IMG/VR virus record: IMGVR_UViG_3300030105_002581
Span: 1-56,164 of that record
Length of the DNA: 56,164 nucleotides
Source: a virus
Taxonomy: Duplodnaviria > Caudoviricetes
Direction: 5' to 3' (one strand)
Position 1 is the stretch's first letter; every line of letters starts with the position of its first letter. This document shows, piece after piece, positions 55,962 through 56,164 of this stretch. The translations under genes and the position numbers were made by a program. The notes under the pieces are model-generated. The model worked only from the letters and a program-made list of their open reading frames with translations, did not search any database and was not told where the DNA came from.

Positions 55962-56164
55962 TTATAGTTCTGTTATTTTAAGTTCAGTTTGACACATGGG
56001 ACATAGATCTATAACCATACCCTCATGAAGATTATTTCTGTGTTGTCCCAGTAAGATAGCCTGCATAATCATACTCTCTCTTGATTTGGAGTCTTCAGAG
56101 AGTTTATCAAGAGCTGGAACACTAATCGTTGGGACAGGTTTTTCTTTAGATACTTCTTTATGGA
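55962..56164 (-). CDS. Partial hypothetical protein (5' end outside the window)
   Basis: Open frame from the window end (HKEVSKEKPVP...LCPMCQTELKITEL*), stopping 13 nt before the next ATG; absent from the ORF track. Confidence 0.6.
   Translation of the reverse strand, partial: HKEVSKEKPVPTISVPALDKLSEDSKSRESMIMQAILLGQHRNNLHEGMVIDLCPMCQTELKITEL

Noticed and set aside
1-56164. Alternative genetic code (TAG/TGA recoding) as in some large phages
   Set aside because: Code-11 ORFs tile the window with near-complete coverage, and TAG/TGA end genes right at neighbouring starts.

Overview
A 56 kb segment of a large tailed dsDNA bacteriophage genome. ORFs tile densely under standard code 11; I saw no tRNA, rRNA or CRISPR array. 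There are two convergent arms meeting at a terminator near 30.0 kb. The + strand arm (1-29.9 kb) starts with a small-molecule/glycan tailoring block (PRTase-HAD fusion, sulfotransferase-like, pyruvyltransferase-like, radical SAM). It continues with neck and tail morphogenesis genes: connectors, tail tube, probable chaperones, a 2463-aa tape measure protein, tail tip proteins, a repeat-containing 1967-aa tip/fibre protein and Cys-rich accessory proteins. No sheath gene is seen, so the tail is probably long and non-contractile. The - strand arm (30.1-56.2 kb) carries PhoH, RecA, DnaB, DnaG, a dNMP kinase, a Cas4/AddB-like nuclease, a DnaE split into two genes around a DEDDh exonuclease, a sigma factor, and a ~9-gene glycosyltransferase/nucleotidyltransferase cluster. 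Most notable: (1) a volactin-like actin ATPase with a small membrane-protein partner inside the tail module; (2) a candidate virion-glycosylation system, combining the GT cluster, glycan-tailoring enzymes and [S/T]-G-rich, Cys-rich virion proteins; (3) an intein-less split DnaE; (4) a nuclease-like insert in the tape measure protein bracketed by FAxGG repeats; (5) a Cys motif shared between an enzyme and a tail-associated protein; (6) a repeated TGGTGTAT candidate late-promoter motif. All family calls come from motif recognition by eye; no database searches were run.
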